A stretch of 64,000 bases of DNA from Aplysia californica (Eukaryota). Of the stretch, positions 61,626 to 64,000 are shown piece by piece (position 1 is the stretch's first letter; the number at the start of each line of letters is the position of its first letter). The position numbers were made by a program, and so were the translations under genes. Location of the stretch: contig NW_004798253.1 in NCBI RefSeq assembly GCF_000002075.1, forward strand, positions 57,805-121,804, written 5' to 3'. The notes under the pieces were generated by a model. The model was not told the DNA's origin and searched no databases. It saw nothing but the letters and a program-made list of their open reading frames with translations.

Positions 61626-63239
61626 CATTCCAAACTTTTAACATTGTAATCATAACTACTGCAATGACTTCACTTCTGCACACACACTTGCACAACCTAA
61701 AGGAATCCAAGGGTCATCACCATACTTCCACATAATCATAGTGTACGGGTACCAGTAGACAAAAATATGGATTGTCTACCACAGTAACAGAGCCAAGTTC
61801 TAAACTTGAGGTTTCAGCTACATCTTGTTGTTGGGTTTGTATGGGGGTTTTTTTCTCCATTTATCATAATTTATGACACCTCTCTTCATTCACTGGCCCT
61901 CAGTTCCACCTCCCAGTACTGAGATAAATCTTCAGTAGCCCCTCTACGACATTTGAAGAAACCAAAACAAAGAAAAATTGAATGACCACGACAGAAACAG
62001 GTGGTTATCAAGAGATGGGCTTGCAGCACAAATCCTTGCTGTGATTATCTCTATGATATAATTTAAAGGAAATAAATATGATCTCACTTTTTAAAAAACA
62101 TGAATCCTGAGGATAAATATAGTACAGCACAGTTCAAATTTGTTTTAGTTCTACACATAGTTAGAAAAAAACAAAGCAATCTTTAAAAAAGCTATGCATT
62201 GGGAAAGCATCCATTACACTCATGTCTTGCTGCTGATCAGAAAATAAGCATGACCATGGCATTCATTTTGCTCTTGGATTAACACACGTCATTTTTCATG
62301 AAATAACGAGAATGACAGAGATTTTAGTCGCCTTACCTACTTTACAGGGAGGCTGGATGCTGATACAACCCCCCACCCCCTTCGTGGACAGGACAGACAG
62401 AGATGAAAAAAACCCAAAATAAATAGACTTACACTACACTAATAAGTCTTTTGTCATCCAGTTACCCACAATAAATAGGAAATATTGTGTAATAAATGCT
62501 TTTTCCCCTCTTATCAACATACACATTCATTGCTTTTTGTGGTGGTGGGGCTGCCTCTTTACATAGGGACATCAGTATTTTCTCTCTCACCATATTGGTC
62601 ATTAATAAAAACCATAATAGCATAAAATAAATTCTACACAAGTCCGTCGTCAAAACAGGTTTTAGCACTCGCCCCATTGAAACGAATTTGATATTATATA
62701 TTTACATCTTTCACAAACTCTCAAACTATATAAACAATACTCACAGAAGTAGCAGTAGCGTCCACACACACACACATACCTGGTTCATCCATCAAAATAC
62801 GGACATTGTAAAAGATCATGCAGAACCTTTAAGCTTGCAAGCCGTGCAAGTCCGATAATTATGATAATCGTTATATAACCGAAGATAAGATTTAACTGGG
62901 GCGCCTCCCTTACTTCAACACACCATCCATATTTATCATGTCAAATTTCCTTTTTAAAAATCACATGACAGATGTGGGGGTAGGGAAACAGGTGACTAAG
63001 GGGGTTGATGAGGAGAGCAGATGATGCGACTTAAGTCTATGACAAAAGATTGGTTTCAACATCAGATCACTCGACATTGAAATCACAACGAGAGAGGAAG
63101 TCCATCTCAATGAATTTCAAAGATGAACAACGAAAGACATCACAATTTCGACAAGTCTAAGAACTTGGACATTCCTTTCCAAAAACAACAGCACACATCA
63201 CACTGTCTCCCTTCGAGGAGAGGTACCGGTACTAACAGA

Positions 63240-64000
63240 TCACCTCAACATGGTGTCGTCGATTTCCTCGACCAGCGACTCAGGCTGGCTGGCCATCTTG
63301 CGCAGTGACCGACTGACCACTTCTTTCAGAGACTCTTGCATGCCAGCATCCAGAGAGAGCAGAACAGTCTAAAGAGAAAAAAGTTTAGTTTGAGGTACAA
63401 GCTATGGGGAAATTGATTCACACACACACACACAAAAACTGCTCCCCTTCCCGTCTCTTGCCTGTAGGCAGGTATCACCCTCAGTGTATTCACTTTACTC
63501 TTGCCATTCATTTCTTTTCAGAACATTTTAATATTAATAATCCTGAAAAACATGTGGATTTCAAACAGCAATGTCTTTTTTTTAAACCCCAAAATGTGAC
63601 CACACTACAAATTCCATAGTAGGACACTTCTTTTTTAAAGCATAAATTTTTTAATTAATTTTTTTAAAACCTTTAAAAAAACCCTCAACAGCTCAAGAAA
63701 AATAAATGTCATACATGAAATACGACAGCAACAAAAAAAACCCCATAATATAATACAGTCCAACTACACATGTGAATCACAAAGAACATGTCAAAAACAA
63801 TTTTCTAAACCGACATAATTTTTTTTTTTAAGTGCTAAATCTATTCCTGCTATTTTTTCAAAAGTGCCAGCCCTGATGACAACATGTGTATACAAACCTG
63901 GTAAGTGGCCTCTCCGCTCCTGAGCTTGAGAAGGGAGACGAGCGCTGCCTCGCTGCACGATCTCACCATGGAGTTCTTCTCCTTGGTGCCCATCACCAGC
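63240..64000 (-). CDS. GCN1: 3' end of GCN1 (eIF2-alpha kinase activator): last two coding exons, gene continues beyond the window
   Basis: Exon >64000-63898 (LVMGTKEKNSMVRSCSEAALVSLLKLRSGEATYQ, then gtttgt) and terminal exon 63368-63240 (TVLLSLDAGMQESLKEVVSRSLRKMASQPESLVEEIDDTMLR*). These resemble the GCN1 C-terminus as I recall it (TKDKNTVVR...LLKMRQGE...RSLKKLASQ...DDTIL). Phase 0 junction. Confidence 0.88.

Overview
Eukaryotic, intron-rich, repeat-dense invertebrate DNA from a draft assembly with six N gaps. A mollusc or other lophotrochozoan is inferred from the SINE types. Three protein-coding genes can be reconstructed by hand with phase-consistent GT-AG introns. (1) An ABHD6-like alpha/beta-hydrolase on the minus strand (8 coding exons, 7425-15524, about 356 aa). 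(2) HIRA on the plus strand, head-to-head with it (27 coding exons, 25761-58382, about 1070 aa); its first exon is duplicated across an assembly gap. (3) The last two coding exons of GCN1 on the minus strand, convergent with HIRA. Introns and intergenic DNA hold tRNA-headed SINEs, several short retroposon families sharing one covarying 3' stem-loop tail, LINE fragments, a collapsed Gypsy-type LTR element, and non-autonomous DNA transposons (Mutator-, Kolobok-, Tc1/pogo- and hAT-like). The most unusual signal is a roughly 180-bp retroposon (family A) with no tRNA head. It begins at a fixed GTGGGT and ends in a branch-point-like CTTACTAAAAC. Five of 12 copies in HIRA introns end within about 50 nt of a 3' splice site, in sense orientation; in at least two cases the TSDs show that the insertion displaced the original upstream splice signals.
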